Positions 1-12,100 of a stretch of 64,000 bases of DNA are shown in pieces (within the stretch, counting starts at the first letter, position 1; every line of letters begins with the position of its first letter). Below the pieces are notes generated by a model. It saw only the letters and a program-made list of their open reading frames with translations. It did no database searches and was not told the DNA's origin. The stretch is from Mytilus edulis (Eukaryota): contig NC_092345.1 of NCBI RefSeq assembly GCF_963676685.1, positions 32,240,001 to 32,304,000 of the forward strand, given 5' to 3'. A program made the position numbers and the translations under genes.

Positions 1-274
1 TTAGGGTTATAGACAGCATTAGGGTTAGGGTTATAGACATCAATAGGGTTAGGGTTATAGACAGCATTAGGGTTAGGGTTATAGACAGCATTAGGGTTAG
101 GGTTATAGACATCATTAGGGTTAGGGTTATAGACATCATTAGGGTTAGGGTTATAGTCAGCATTAGGGTTAGGGTTATAGACAGCATTAGGGTAAGGGTT
201 ATAGACAGCATTAGGGTTAGGGTTATAGACAGCATTAGGGTTAGGGTTATAGACAGCATTAGGGTAAGGGTTAT
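1..274 (+). repeat. 24-bp telomere-like satellite (TTAGGG)2-TTATAGACA(T/G)CA, segment 1 (continues beyond window start)
   Basis: Direct tandem repeat of ttagggttagggttatagaca(t/g)ca, ending at the GTTAT TSD (270-274) of LTR element 1. Confidence 0.97.
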
Positions 275-446
275 TATGTAAGATGCTATGATGCTAGGGT
301 TAGTACTTCGCTTTTGTAGGCAATAAAAAGACGTTGTGTTGCTTTCAATTCTATAATTCAGATCCCATACAAGTTTGCGTTACAATAACGTTACGTCAAC
401 AATAGTAACGTTGGGTACGTTTGGACAAGGTCGTGAATCTTTGACA
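275..446 (-). repeat. 3' LTR of element 1
   Basis: Identical by eye to 6020-6191; minus-strand ends TGTCAAAG...CTTACATA. Confidence 0.95.
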
Positions 447-583
447 CTCCGGGCGCCGAAAGTGAAATATAAATAGAAATGAAATGAAAATTTGACTAAA
501 TTGAAGACATAAATCATAATTCATCACTTAACTTTAAAGTCTATGTATCATAAAAGAAAGAATTAATCACTGAATTTGAACAG

Positions 584-3500
584 TTATTTTGTCCACTCGT
601 GAATCTTTTGTACGGCATCTGACTTCGCCTGACGGAACATCTTGGGTCGTGTAACATCCTCCGGTTCAGATTCAATACAGTTCACTTCGATCGGGTATAA
701 TTTCGTGATTGGGCGGTTGGTGGTTCCGTTTTTAGTGCGAAGTTTTACAGTTCTGATAAGATTATCCTCTCCTTTTACGAGTTCTTCGACAACGGCGAGT
801 TTCCATGAATTTCTTAAAGTTTCGTCATGTATTTGAACAACATCACCAATAGCTATCGATTGTTCGTTATTTCCTACACTTCTGTGATGTTCCCGTAATG
901 AGGTCAAATACTCATATTTCCATCGCTGTTGAAAGTGGTTTAGAATGTCTCTTTGTAATTGAACACGTTTGTTAAAGTTAATTGGTTCAAAATGTCCATT
1001 GTTTTCACTAGCTGGATACGGAAGTCGCGTAATTTTTCGACCATACAAAAGATGTGATGGTGTCAATGGTTCTGGATCCGTAAGATCGGATGAAACATAC
1101 GTTAGAGGTCTATCATTGAGAGTTGCTTCGATCTCTGTTAACACAGTTTGTAAAGTCTCTAAATCGACACAGTTACTTCCTAATACTTTCTTTAAACACA
1201 TTTTCGTTAACCCAATCAACCGTTCATAGAAACCACCAAACCACGGAGCTTTCTTTGTAATAAATTTCCACTTTGTTCCTGTAGAGCTTAGACTTTCGCG
1301 CACTGAATTTGAGTTTGTAAGATGTTTGATTTCTCGACTGGCAGCTTCAAAAGTTAGTGCATTGTCAGATATTAGTAACTTCGGTAAGGATCTCCTGCTT
1401 GCGAATCTTCTGAAGGCTAACATAAATGTAGGTTCTGATAAGTTATTCACAAGTTCTAAATGAACAGCTCTCGTCGACGCACATGTAAACAAACATAAAT
1501 ATACCTTTGATTTTGTATCATCTGTATTTCGCACATACATAGGACCAGCAAAGTCTACGCCTGTAACAGTAAACGGTATATCCTCGTGTAACCTCTCTTT
1601 GGGCAGTGGCGGTGGATCAGGTTGTTGGTAAGCATGCCCTGTTACTTTCCGACAGTTAACGCATTTTCTAAGAATAACTTTGACTCGTTGACGAATTCGA
1701 GGTATCCAGTATACTTGTCGCAAGTGTGTTACGGTAGAGTTGACGCCTTCATGTAAATGATTGATATGAGCATCCATAATAATGAGTGAAGTGAGTCTAT
1801 GTAACGGAGGTAACAAGTATGGATGTTTAGCTGATTCCTCCAAAGGTGCATGTTGAATTCTCCCGCGGCAACGAAGTGCATTTTCTTCATCAAAATACAA
1901 GTTCAATTGTCTTACAATAGACGGCTTGACTGTCACAGATTTGTTGAAATAATTAAACACTTCATGATATTCTGATTTCTGAACCGTTTGTATCCATGTC
2001 AATGTAGCATGCTGTATTTCATTCACGGTTAATTCCGACAATGTTCTATCACTCCGTGCTAACTTACAGTTTTGTATAAATCTTATTACATAGGCTGTAA
2101 CACGTATTAATGTCTTCAAACTGCTATAACGTTCGATATCCATAATCTTATGTATGCCAAATTCTTGACGTTTCTGAGATGTGAGTAAGACGTGCTGTTT
2201 TTCTGAGGTTTCATTAGTGGGAATCTCCATTATATTCTCGTTTTCAACAATTTCGTTTCCGCTCCATGTTGGCCATTGTGTTTTGTCTGTTATCCACTCG
2301 GGTCCATGAAACCATAATCTGTTGTTTATGAATTTCGTTCCTGTTATGCCTCTAGTTAATAAATCTGCAGGATTTGCATCCGTCGGACAATAACGCCATT
2401 TTTGATTTTCATTTGACTCCTTAATTTCCTTGACTCTGTTTGCGACAAACTTTTTGAGTGGTTTTGTTGACTGAAGCCATTTCAAAACGATCTGACTGTC
2501 ACACCAGAAGTTGATTTGTAAGTTTCCAATATGTAGATTTTGAATAAGATGTTTCGCAAGTCGAGCCCCTAAAAGGGCAGCCATCAGTTCAAGATTAGGT
2601 AGAGTGACACTTTTCAGTGGGGCAACTCGATTCTTTGCCATTACTAATGCAGACTCCTTTTCTGTGACAAGATACGCACAGGTTCCATAAGCTAGTTGAC
2701 TTGAATCTGTGAAAATATGTAATTCTGCTGTTTCAATGTCCGTTATTCCTGAACACTCAAAATAACATCTAGGAATCTCAATGTTCATTGCAAATTGTAA
2801 ATCTTTGGTCAAATCACTCCATGTTGATTCGATTTCTTTTGGTAAAGGGCAGTCCCATGCAAACTTTTCTTTCCACAACAATTGCATTAACATCTTTGTT
2901 CTGACGGTGACGGGGCTAAGCAGACCTAGCGGATCATAAATGTTTGAAGATTGTTTTAAGATCTCACGTTTTGTTATTATCCTTTCCGTTGTTGTATTCA
3001 TGTTGTTTTGAAACGAGATTTGATCGTTGTTCACATTCCAACGGAGACCAAGTATTTTGATGTTCGTATCTCTTTCTATGCATTTTTCAGATTGGGCTAA
3101 GCGGAGTAATTCTGTGCTATTTGACATCCATGATCTCAGATTGAATCCTCCTCTTGCCAATAAATCTCGTGATTCTCTGTAGAATTTCAACATTTCTTTC
3201 TCATCCCAGAAGCTTGACAAAACATTGTCAACATACAGGTCGCTTTTCAGTATCTCGGCTGTTTTACAAGAATTGAGTTTGAAGTGCTTCATAAGGGTGG
3301 CATTCAAGATGTAAGGTGAGCATGTAGTTCCAAATAGAACGACTCTAAAACGGTAAGTTATCAGTGGACTGTCTGGGTCAGATGGATCACTCAACCAAAA
3401 AAATCTTGTGACGTCCCTATCTTCTTTATCCAGTTCGACATTCAAAAACTCTTTCTCTATGTCGGTAGTCACTGCGTGCTTGTGTAATCTGAATCTAGCT

Positions 3501-6004
3501 AAAATTCCCGTCAAATCGTTTAACATCGGCGGAACTGACATAAGACAATCGTTTAAACTAGCCTTGTGAGGTGATTCGTGACAACTACAATCATAGACTA
3601 TACGTATAGGAGTCGTAGATGAGTCCTTTTTTACTGCATGGTGAGGAATGTAGTGAATTCTGTTTGACTGGTTTCCATTTTCTGTTACCCGCTCAATGAA
3701 CCCTCGGCGTTTTTGGTCCTTAATTATGTCGCCATACATTTTCAGCATGTTGGTATCCTTTTTGAGTCTATCGATCATATTACAAGTTCTGCGTAAAGTG
3801 ACATTATAGTTCGTAGGTAACTCATTGAAATCATTTCTCCATGGCAGTTTTGCGGTATAGCGATTATCTTGGTAAGTTATGCATTTTGTTTCGTATTCAT
3901 CATTGAAGTCTTTCATGGTGGTTGTTTCTAATTCGTCTGCTTTGACACCAATAGATTCTAAATCCCAAAACATTTCCAGGCTGCTTTCCTCTTGCTGATG
4001 TTGAATCAGTACATTAAACATTCCTGTTGATGATTGTTCTCCTGTAAAAGTATGCATCGGTCCTGACAACAAGTATCCCAAACGGGATTTTACGGCCGTT
4101 GGCCCATCTCCTCTGATCACGTGATCCTGCACAATACTCCAATAGTAGTCCGCTCCAATTAAAAGAGAAAGCTCAAATTTCCTATCCTCTGTGACTGGGT
4201 TAGCTAATCGTAATCCTTTGAGATATGGCAGTTTTGAAGCGATGACATTTGTAACATTACTGAGGGGTGCGGCAATGCGCGGTACTATCAGTACATCCAT
4301 AGGAATAAATCCACCAGTTTCAATTTCTAAAGTAATCTGAGCCTTATCCATGTGTCTCACGTTCTGGTTGGCGTTTCCAAAAGTTGATAAACTAATTGTA
4401 GAATTTCCACAAGGTTTAAGTTGTAATTGTGCTGCTAAATCTTCTGAAATAAATGATTTCTGAGACCCTTCATCTAGTAAAATGTTAGACATCACGCTCC
4501 GATCCTCGAACCATACAGGTGCTACTGCTGTCTTAAGAAGTATCTCGGTATGTGCCTGTGCTTGTGGTGTTGACGTGTAAAACGTTGACATAGGGTTACT
4601 TTCTTCTCCATTAACATTTACTGTATTGACGGCGGCGGCATCAGCGGGAGGTACAGGTGCTTGAGTTTCCTGATTACATAGAGCAGTGTGATGTCTCTTG
4701 TCACATTTACGACATTTATATCGTGATCTACATTCTGATATCTTATGTTTACCAAAACAGTTGAAACAAAGTTGTTTTTTCTTGACTATTTCGTAACGAC
4801 TGGCATTATCTTTAATCTCTGAACAATCAACAGCTGAATGGGATTTGTTGCAAAATATGCATGGCTTGGGTTTATTCCGCGATTCAGTGTTGTTCCTGGA
4901 GTTTGTGTGTACTCTATTGACTTGTCTATAATTTCCTTTCATTGTAGCCTTTGTTACAAACGATGCGGTAGGGGTTAATTTATCTGTGTTCATAGCGTGG
5001 CCAGCTTGTTGAGCGCGCAGCTCCTTACCTATAGCCTTCCGTAGTAAGTCTATGGTCCATGTACTTGTATCATGCTCTCTTGTCAATGTAGTTCTCAATT
5101 CCGGTGGTAGTTTTCTAAAGATGATGGGTGTAAGTACTGTTCCAAAATTTGTTTGACACTGTCCTAGCGATTCTAGGCCTCTAATACTAGTTTCAACTTT
5201 GTCATAGAATGTTCTGAGACTGTTTAATGACATTGTGGGGTTTGGCAAATCGACTAGTTTTTGCATATGTGCATCAATAATGATTCCTTGTTGACCATAT
5301 CGCGCTTGTAGTAATGAAATTGCTTGCTCATAGTTTGCGTGTGTAAGTGACAATCCCAATATGCAACTTTCCGCTTCTCCGTGAAGCTGGGCCTTCAAGT
5401 ATGTGAAACGTTGTACGTTTGTCAATGATGGGTTTGTATGGACAGTAGTTTCGTACGATTCCCAGAAAGTTTGCCATAGAAGTAAATCTCCCGAAAAAGT
5501 CGGCAAATCTAGTTTTGGAAGTTTGTGATAGAACTTATAAGTTTCATTTAATGGCGGATCTCTGTTGATCTCATATTCTCCTTGTGAGTTTGTACTTGCC
5601 GATGTTTGCATGTGCTGATTTGTATTCTGATTGAAATTATTTGAAGATGAATGCGTTGTACTAGTATTTTGTACGATACTTGAGGTTAATTGACTCACCG
5701 AGTCCTGAGGTGTACTTGATCTCAACTCCAAATCACATTCTTTGTAGCGGCGAATATTAATGTCTATATGCTGATTAAATTCGTCTGCATCCAAAATTTC
5801 CTGTTCCACACTTTCTGCATCCAAGGAATCCAATATTTCAGCGTCTTGTTTCTGCAAAAGTTCATGTTTCCGTTCAAGGTTTTCAATGGCACTATGAATG
5901 TCCCGTCGGGTGATCTCTCCTTCGTTGATTTTCTCGTCAGTTTTGTGAATCTGTCTGGTTACGGCGCTTCTGTGGCCTCCTCTCACTGCTTTCAGCTTAT
6001 CCAT
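584..6004 (-). CDS. BEL/Pao Gag-Pol polyprotein, 1806 aa
   Basis: Pao gag motif KLPKLDLPTFSG; three Cys/His knuckles (CIFC..H..C, CFNC..H..C, CRKC..HH..C); protease LLDEGSQKSF; RT RIVYDCS, VLFGTTCSP, YVDN; RNase H IFTDSS, WCDSQ, NPAD; integrase HINHLH..CVNC, VDFAG, SDNA, YERL. Confidence 0.96.
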   Translation of the reverse strand: MDKLKAVRGGHRSAVTRQIHKTDEKINEGEITRRDIHSAIENLERKHELLQKQDAEILDSLDAESVEQEILDADEFNQHIDINIRRYKECDLELRSSTPQDSVSQLTSSIVQNTSTTHSSSNNFNQNTNQHMQTSASTNSQGEYEINRDPPLNETYKFYHKLPKLDLPTFSGDLLLWQTFWESYETTVHTNPSLTNVQRFTYLKAQLHGEAESCILGLSLTHANYEQAISLLQARYGQQGIIIDAHMQKLVDLPNPTMSLNSLRTFYDKVETSIRGLESLGQCQTNFGTVLTPIIFRKLPPELRTTLTREHDTSTWTIDLLRKAIGKELRAQQAGHAMNTDKLTPTASFVTKATMKGNYRQVNRVHTNSRNNTESRNKPKPCIFCNKSHSAVDCSEIKDNASRYEIVKKKQLCFNCFGKHKISECRSRYKCRKCDKRHHTALCNQETQAPVPPADAAAVNTVNVNGEESNPMSTFYTSTPQAQAHTEILLKTAVAPVWFEDRSVMSNILLDEGSQKSFISEDLAAQLQLKPCGNSTISLSTFGNANQNVRHMDKAQITLEIETGGFIPMDVLIVPRIAAPLSNVTNVIASKLPYLKGLRLANPVTEDRKFELSLLIGADYYWSIVQDHVIRGDGPTAVKSRLGYLLSGPMHTFTGEQSSTGMFNVLIQHQQEESSLEMFWDLESIGVKADELETTTMKDFNDEYETKCITYQDNRYTAKLPWRNDFNELPTNYNVTLRRTCNMIDRLKKDTNMLKMYGDIIKDQKRRGFIERVTENGNQSNRIHYIPHHAVKKDSSTTPIRIVYDCSCHESPHKASLNDCLMSVPPMLNDLTGILARFRLHKHAVTTDIEKEFLNVELDKEDRDVTRFFWLSDPSDPDSPLITYRFRVVLFGTTCSPYILNATLMKHFKLNSCKTAEILKSDLYVDNVLSSFWDEKEMLKFYRESRDLLARGGFNLRSWMSNSTELLRLAQSEKCIERDTNIKILGLRWNVNNDQISFQNNMNTTTERIITKREILKQSSNIYDPLGLLSPVTVRTKMLMQLLWKEKFAWDCPLPKEIESTWSDLTKDLQFAMNIEIPRCYFECSGITDIETAELHIFTDSSQLAYGTCAYLVTEKESALVMAKNRVAPLKSVTLPNLELMAALLGARLAKHLIQNLHIGNLQINFWCDSQIVLKWLQSTKPLKKFVANRVKEIKESNENQKWRYCPTDANPADLLTRGITGTKFINNRLWFHGPEWITDKTQWPTWSGNEIVENENIMEIPTNETSEKQHVLLTSQKRQEFGIHKIMDIERYSSLKTLIRVTAYVIRFIQNCKLARSDRTLSELTVNEIQHATLTWIQTVQKSEYHEVFNYFNKSVTVKPSIVRQLNLYFDEENALRCRGRIQHAPLEESAKHPYLLPPLHRLTSLIIMDAHINHLHEGVNSTVTHLRQVYWIPRIRQRVKVILRKCVNCRKVTGHAYQQPDPPPLPKERLHEDIPFTVTGVDFAGPMYVRNTDDTKSKVYLCLFTCASTRAVHLELVNNLSEPTFMLAFRRFASRRSLPKLLISDNALTFEAASREIKHLTNSNSVRESLSSTGTKWKFITKKAPWFGGFYERLIGLTKMCLKKVLGSNCVDLETLQTVLTEIEATLNDRPLTYVSSDLTDPEPLTPSHLLYGRKITRLPYPASENNGHFEPINFNKRVQLQRDILNHFQQRWKYEYLTSLREHHRSVGNNEQSIAIGDVVQIHDETLRNSWKLAVVEELVKGEDNLIRTVKLRTKNGTTNRPITKLYPIEVNCIESEPEDVTRPKMFRQAKSDAVQKIHEWTK

Positions 6005-6018
6005 CGGTCACGGTACCA
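6001..6018 (-). promoter_or_regulatory. Primer binding site (tRNA-His-like) overlapping the gag ATG
   Basis: Minus strand TGGTACCGTGACCGATGG, close to the complement of the tRNA-His 3' end (...GGUCACGGCACCA). Confidence 0.8.
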
Positions 6019-6019
6019 A

Positions 6020-6191
6020 TATGTAAGATGCTATGATGCTAGGGTTAGTACTTCGCTTTTGTAGGCAATAAAAAGACGTTGTGTTGCTTTCAATTCTATA
6101 ATTCAGATCCCATACAAGTTTGCGTTACAATAACGTTACGTCAACAATAGTAACGTTGGGTACGTTTGGACAAGGTCGTGAATCTTTGACA
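6020..6191 (-). repeat. 5' LTR of element 1
   Basis: Identical to 275-446; followed on the minus strand by the PBS. Confidence 0.95.
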
Positions 6192-9100
6192 GTTATAGAC
6201 AGCATTAGGGTTAGGGTTATAGGCATCAATAGGGTTAGGGTTATAGACAGCATTAGGGTTAGGGTTATAGACAGCATTAGGGTTAGGGTTATAGACATCA
6301 TTAGGGTTACAGCATTAGGGTTAGGGTTATAGACATCATTAGGGTTAGGGTTATAGACATTATTAGGGTTAGGGTTATAGACATCATTAGGGTTAGGGTT
6401 ATAGACATCATTATGGTTAGGGTTATAGACAGCATTAGGGTAAGGGTTATAGACAGCATTAGGGTTAGGGTTATAGACATCAATAGGGTTAGGGTTATAG
6501 ACATCATTAGGGTTAGGGTTATAGACATCATTAGGGTTAGGGTTATAGACATTATTAGGGTTAGGGTTATAGACAGCATTAAGGTTAGGGTTATAGACAT
6601 CATTAGGGTTAGGGTTATAGACATCATTAGGGTTAGGGTTATAGACATCATTAGGATTAGGGTCATAGACAGCATTAGGGTTAGGGTTATAGACAGTATT
6701 AGGGTTAGGGTTATAGACATCATTAGGGTTATGGTTATAGACATCAATAGGGTTAGGGTTCTAGACAGCATTAGGGTTAGGTTTATAGACATCAATAGGG
6801 TAGGGTTATCTACAGCATTAGGGTTAGGGTTATAGACATCATTAGGGTTAGGGTTATAGCCAGCATTATGGTTAGGGTTATAGACATCAATAGGGTTCGG
6901 GTTATCTACTGCATTAGGGTTAGGGTTAAAGACAACATTAGGGTTAGGGTTATAGACAGCATTAGGGTTAGGGTTATAGACATCATTAGGGTTAGGGTTA
7001 TAGACATCATTAGGGTTACAGCATTAGGGTTAGGGTTAGGGTTAGGGTTATGGTTAGGGTTATAGACATGAATAGGGTTAGGGTTATAGACATCATTAGG
7101 GTTAGGGTTATAGACATCATTAGGGTTAGGGTTATAGACATCATTAGGGTTAGGGTTATAGACATTATTAGGGTTAGGGTTATAGACATCATTAGGGTTA
7201 GGGTTATAGACAACATTAAGGTTAGGGTTATAGACATCATTAGGGTTAGGGTTATAGACATTATTAGGGTTAGGGTTATAAACATCATTAGGGTTAGGGT
7301 TATAGACATCATTAGGGTTAGGGTTATAGACAGCATTAGGGTTAGGGTTATAGACATCATTGGTGTTAGGGTTATAGACAGCATTAGGGTTAGGGTTATA
7401 GACATCATTAGGGTTAGGGTTATAGACAGCATTAGGGTTAGGGTTATAGACAGCATTAGGGTTAGGGTTATAGACATCAATAGGGTTAGGGTTATAGACA
7501 GCATTAGGGTTAGGGTTATAGACAGCATTAGGGTTAGGGTTATAGACATCATTAGGGTTAGGGTTATAGACATCATTAGGGTTAGGGTTATAGTCAGCAT
7601 TAGGGTTAGGGTTATAGACAGCATTAGGGTAAGGGTTATAGACAGCATTAGGGTTAGGGTTATAGACAGCATTAGGGTTAGGGTTATAGACAGCATTAGG
7701 GTAAGGGTTATAGACAGCATTAGGGTTAGGGTTATAGACATCAATAGGGTTAGGGTTATAGACAGCATTAGGGATGGGTTATAGACAGCATTAGGGTTAG
7801 GGTTATAGACATCATTAGGGTTAGGGTTATAGTCAGCATTAGGGTTAGGGTTATAGACAGCATTAGGGTTAGGGTTATAGACATCATTAGGGCTAGGGTT
7901 ATAGACATCATTAGGGTTTGGGTTATAGAGATCATTTAGGTTAGGGTTATAGACAGCATTAGGGTAAGGGTTATAGACAGCATTAGGGTTAGGGTTATAG
8001 ACATCATTAGGGTTACAGCATTAGGGTTAGGGTTATAGACATCATTAGGGTTAGGGTTATAGACATTATTAGGGTTAGGGTTATAGACATCATTAGGGTT
8101 AGGGTTATAGACATCATTAGGGTTAGGGTTATAGACAGCATTATGGTTAGGGTTATAGACAGCATTAGGGTAAGGGTTATAGACAGCATTAGGGTTAGGG
8201 TTATAGACATCAATAGGGTTAGGGTTATAGACATCATTAGGGTTAGGGTTATAGACATCATTAGGGTTAGGGTTATAGACATTATTAGGGTTAGGGTTAT
8301 AGAGAGCATTAAGGTTAGGGTTATAGACATCATTAGGGTTAGGGTTATAGACATCATTATGGTTAGGGTTATAGACATCATTAGGATTAGGGTTATAGAC
8401 AGCATTATGGTTAGGGTTATAGACAGTATTAGGGTTAGGGTTATAGACATCATTAGGGTTATGGTTATAGACATCAATAGGGTTAGGGTTCTAGACAGCA
8501 TTAGGGTTAGGTTTATAGACATCAATAGGGTAGGGTTATCTACAGCATTAGGGTTAGGGTTATAGACATCATTAGGGTTAGGGTTATAGCCAGCATTATG
8601 GTTAGGGTTATAGACATCAATAGGGTTCGGGTTATCTACTGCATTAGGGTTAGGGTTAAAGACAACATTAGGGTTAGGGTTATAGACAGCATTAGGGTTA
8701 GGGTTATAGACATCATTAGGGTTAGGGTTATAGACATCATTAGGGTTACAGCATTAGGGTTAGGGTTAGGGTTAGGGTTATGGTTAGGGTTATAGACATG
8801 AATAGGGTTAGGGTTATAGACATCATTAGGGTTAGGGTTATAGACATCATTAGGGTTAGGGTTATAGACATCATTAGGGTTAGGGTTATAGACATTATTA
8901 GGGTTAGGGTTATAGACATCATTAGGGTTAGGGTTATAGACAACATTAAGGTTAGGGTTATAGACATCATTAGGGTTAGGGTTATAGACATTATTAGGGT
9001 TAGGGTTATAAACATCATTAGGGTTAGGGTTATAGACATCATTAGGGTTAGGGTTATAGACAGCATTAGGGTTAGGGTTATAGACATCATTGGTGTTAGG

Positions 9101-12100
9101 GTTATAGACAGCATTAGGGTTAGGGTTATAGACATCATTAGGGTTAGGGTTATAGACAGCATTAGGGTTAGGGTTATAGAAAGCATTAGGGTTAGGGTTA
9201 TAGACATCAATAGGGTTAGGGTTATAGACAGCATTAGGGTTAGGGTTATAGACAGCATTAGGGTTAGGGTTATAGACATCATTAGGGTTAGGGTTATAGA
9301 CATCATTAGGGTTAGGGTTATAGTCAGCATTAGGGTTAGGGTTATAGACAGCATTAGGGTAAGGGTTATAGACAGCATTAGGGTTAGGGTTATAGACAGC
9401 ATTAGGGTTAGGGTTATAGACAGCATTAGGGTAAGGGTTATAGACAGCATTAGGGTTAGGGTTATAGACATCAATAGGGTTAGGGTTATAGACAGCATTA
9501 GGGTTAGGGTTATAGACAGCATTAGGGTTAGGGTTATAGACATCATTAGGGTTAGGGTTATAGTCAGCATTAGGGTTAGGGTTATAGACAGCATTAAGGT
9601 TAGGGTTATAGACATCATTAGGGCTAGGGTTATAGACATCATTAGGGTTTGGGTTATAGAGATCATTTAGGTTAGGGTTATAGACAGCATTAGGGTAAGG
9701 GTTATAGACAGCATTAGGGTTAGGGTTATAGACATCATTAGGGTTACAGCATTAGGGTTAGGGTTATAGACATCATTAGGGTTAGGGTTATAGACATTAT
9801 TAGGGTTAGGGTTATAGACATCATTAGGGTTAGGGTTATAGACATCATTAGGGTTAGGGTTATAGACAGCATTATGGTTAGGGTTATAGACAGCATTAGG
9901 GTAAGGGTTATAGACAGCATTAGGGTTAGGGTTATAGACATCAATAGGGTTAGGGTTATAGACATCATTAGGGTTAGGGTTATAGACATCATTAGGGTTA
10001 GGGTTATAGACATTATTAGGGTTAGGGTTATAGACAGCATTAAGGTTAGGGTTATAGACATCATTAGGGTTAGGGTTATAGACATCATTAGGGTTAGGGT
10101 TATAGACATCATTAGGATTAGGGTTATAGACAGCATTAGGGTTAGGGTTATAGACAGTATTAGGGTTAGGGTTATAGACATCATTAGGGTTATGGTTATA
10201 GACATCAATAGGGTTAGGGTTCTAGACAGCATTTGGGTTAGGTTTATAGACATCAATAGGGTAGGGTTATCTACAGCATTAGGGTTAGGGTTATAGACAT
10301 CATTAGGGTTAGGGTTATAGCCAGCATTATGGTTAGGGTTATAGACATCAATAGGGTTCGGGTTATCTACTGCATTAGGGTTAGGGTTAAAGACAACATT
10401 AGGGTTAGGGTTATAGACAGCATTAGGGTTAGGGTTATAGACATCATTAGGGTTAGGGTTATAGACATCATTAGGGTTACAGCATTAGGGTTAGGGTTAG
10501 GTTTAGGGTTATGGTTAGGGTTATAGACATGAATAGGGTTAGGGTTATAGACATCATTAGGGTTAGGGTTATAGACATCATTAGGGTTAGGGTTATAGAC
10601 ATCATTAGGGTTAGGGTTATAGACATTATTAGGGTTAGGGTTATAGACATCATTAGGGTTAGGGTTATAGACAGCATTAAGGTTAGGGTTATAGACATCA
10701 TTAGGGTTAGGGTTATAGACATTATTAGGGTTAGGGTTATAAACATCATTAGGGTTAGGGTTATAGACATTATTAGGGTTAGCGTTATAGACAGAATTAG
10801 GGTTAGGGTTATAGACAGCATTAGGGTTAAGGTTATAGACATCATTAGGGTTATAGACATCATTAGGGTTATAGACATCATTAGGGTTAGGGTTATAGAC
10901 ATCAATAGGGTTATAGACATCATTAGGGTTAGGGTTATAGACATCATTAGGGTTAGGGTTATAGTCAGCATTAGGGTTAGGGTTATAGACAGCATTAGGG
11001 TTAGGGTTATAGACATCATTAGGGCTAGGGTTATAGACATCATTAGGGTTTGGGTTATAGAGATCATTTAGGTTAGGGTTATAGACAGCATTAGGGTAAG
11101 GGTTATAGACAGCATTAGGGTTAGGGTTATAGACATCATTAGGGTTACAGCATTAGGGTTAGGGTTATAGACATCATTAGGGTTAGGGTTATAGACATTA
11201 TTAGGGTTAGGGTTATAGACATCATTAGGGTTAGGGTTATAGACATCATTAGGGTTAGGGTTATAGACAGCATTAGGGTTAGGGTTATAGACAGCATTAG
11301 GGTAAGGGTTATAGACAGCATTAGGGTTAGGGTTATAGACATCAATAGGGTTAGGGTTATAGACATCATTAGGGTTAGGGTTATAGACATCATTAGGGTT
11401 AGGGTTATAGACATTATTAGGGTTAGGGTTATAGACAGCATTAAGGTTAGGGTTATAGACATCATTAGGGTTAGGGTTATAGACATCATTAGGGTTAGGG
11501 TTATAGACATCATTAGGATTAGGGTTATAGACAGCATTAGGGTTAGGGTTATAGACAGTATTAGGGTTAGGGTTATAGACATCATTAGGGTTATGGTTAT
11601 AAACATCAATAGGGTTAGGGTTCTAGACAGCATTAGGGTTAGGTTAATAGACATCAATAGGGTAGGGTTATCTACAGCATTAGGGTTAGGGTTATAGACA
11701 TCATTAGGGTTAGGGTTATAGCCAGCATTATGGTTAGGGTTATAGACATCAATAGGGTTCGGGTTATCTACTGCATTAGGGTTAGGGTTAAAGACAACAT
11801 TAGGGTTAGGGTTATAGACAGCATTAGGGTTAGGGTTATAGACATCATTAGGGTTAGGGTTATAGACATCATTAGGGTTACAGCATTAGGGTTAGGGTTA
11901 GGGTTAGGGTTATGGTTAGGGTTATAGACATGAATAGGGTTAGGGTTATAGACATCATTAGGGTTAGGGTTATAGACATCATTAGGGTTAGGGTTATAGA
12001 CATCATTAGGGTTAGGGTTATAGACATTATTAGGGTTAGGGTTATAGACATCATTAGGGTTACAGCATTAGGGTTAGGGTTATAGACAGCATTAAGGTTA

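Larger units (their letters stand above)
275..6191 (-). mobile_element. BEL/Pao LTR retrotransposon 1, full length, apparently intact
   Basis: Identical 172-bp LTRs (275-446, 6020-6191); 5-bp TSD GTTAT (270-274, 6192-6196); PBS TGGTACCGTGACCG after the 5' LTR; single gag-pol ORF in order gag-PR-RT-RH-IN. Confidence 0.96.

Noticed and set aside
447-583. env-like gene in the LTR elements
   Set aside because: Only short AT-rich 3' UTRs lie between integrase and the 3' LTR in all three elements.
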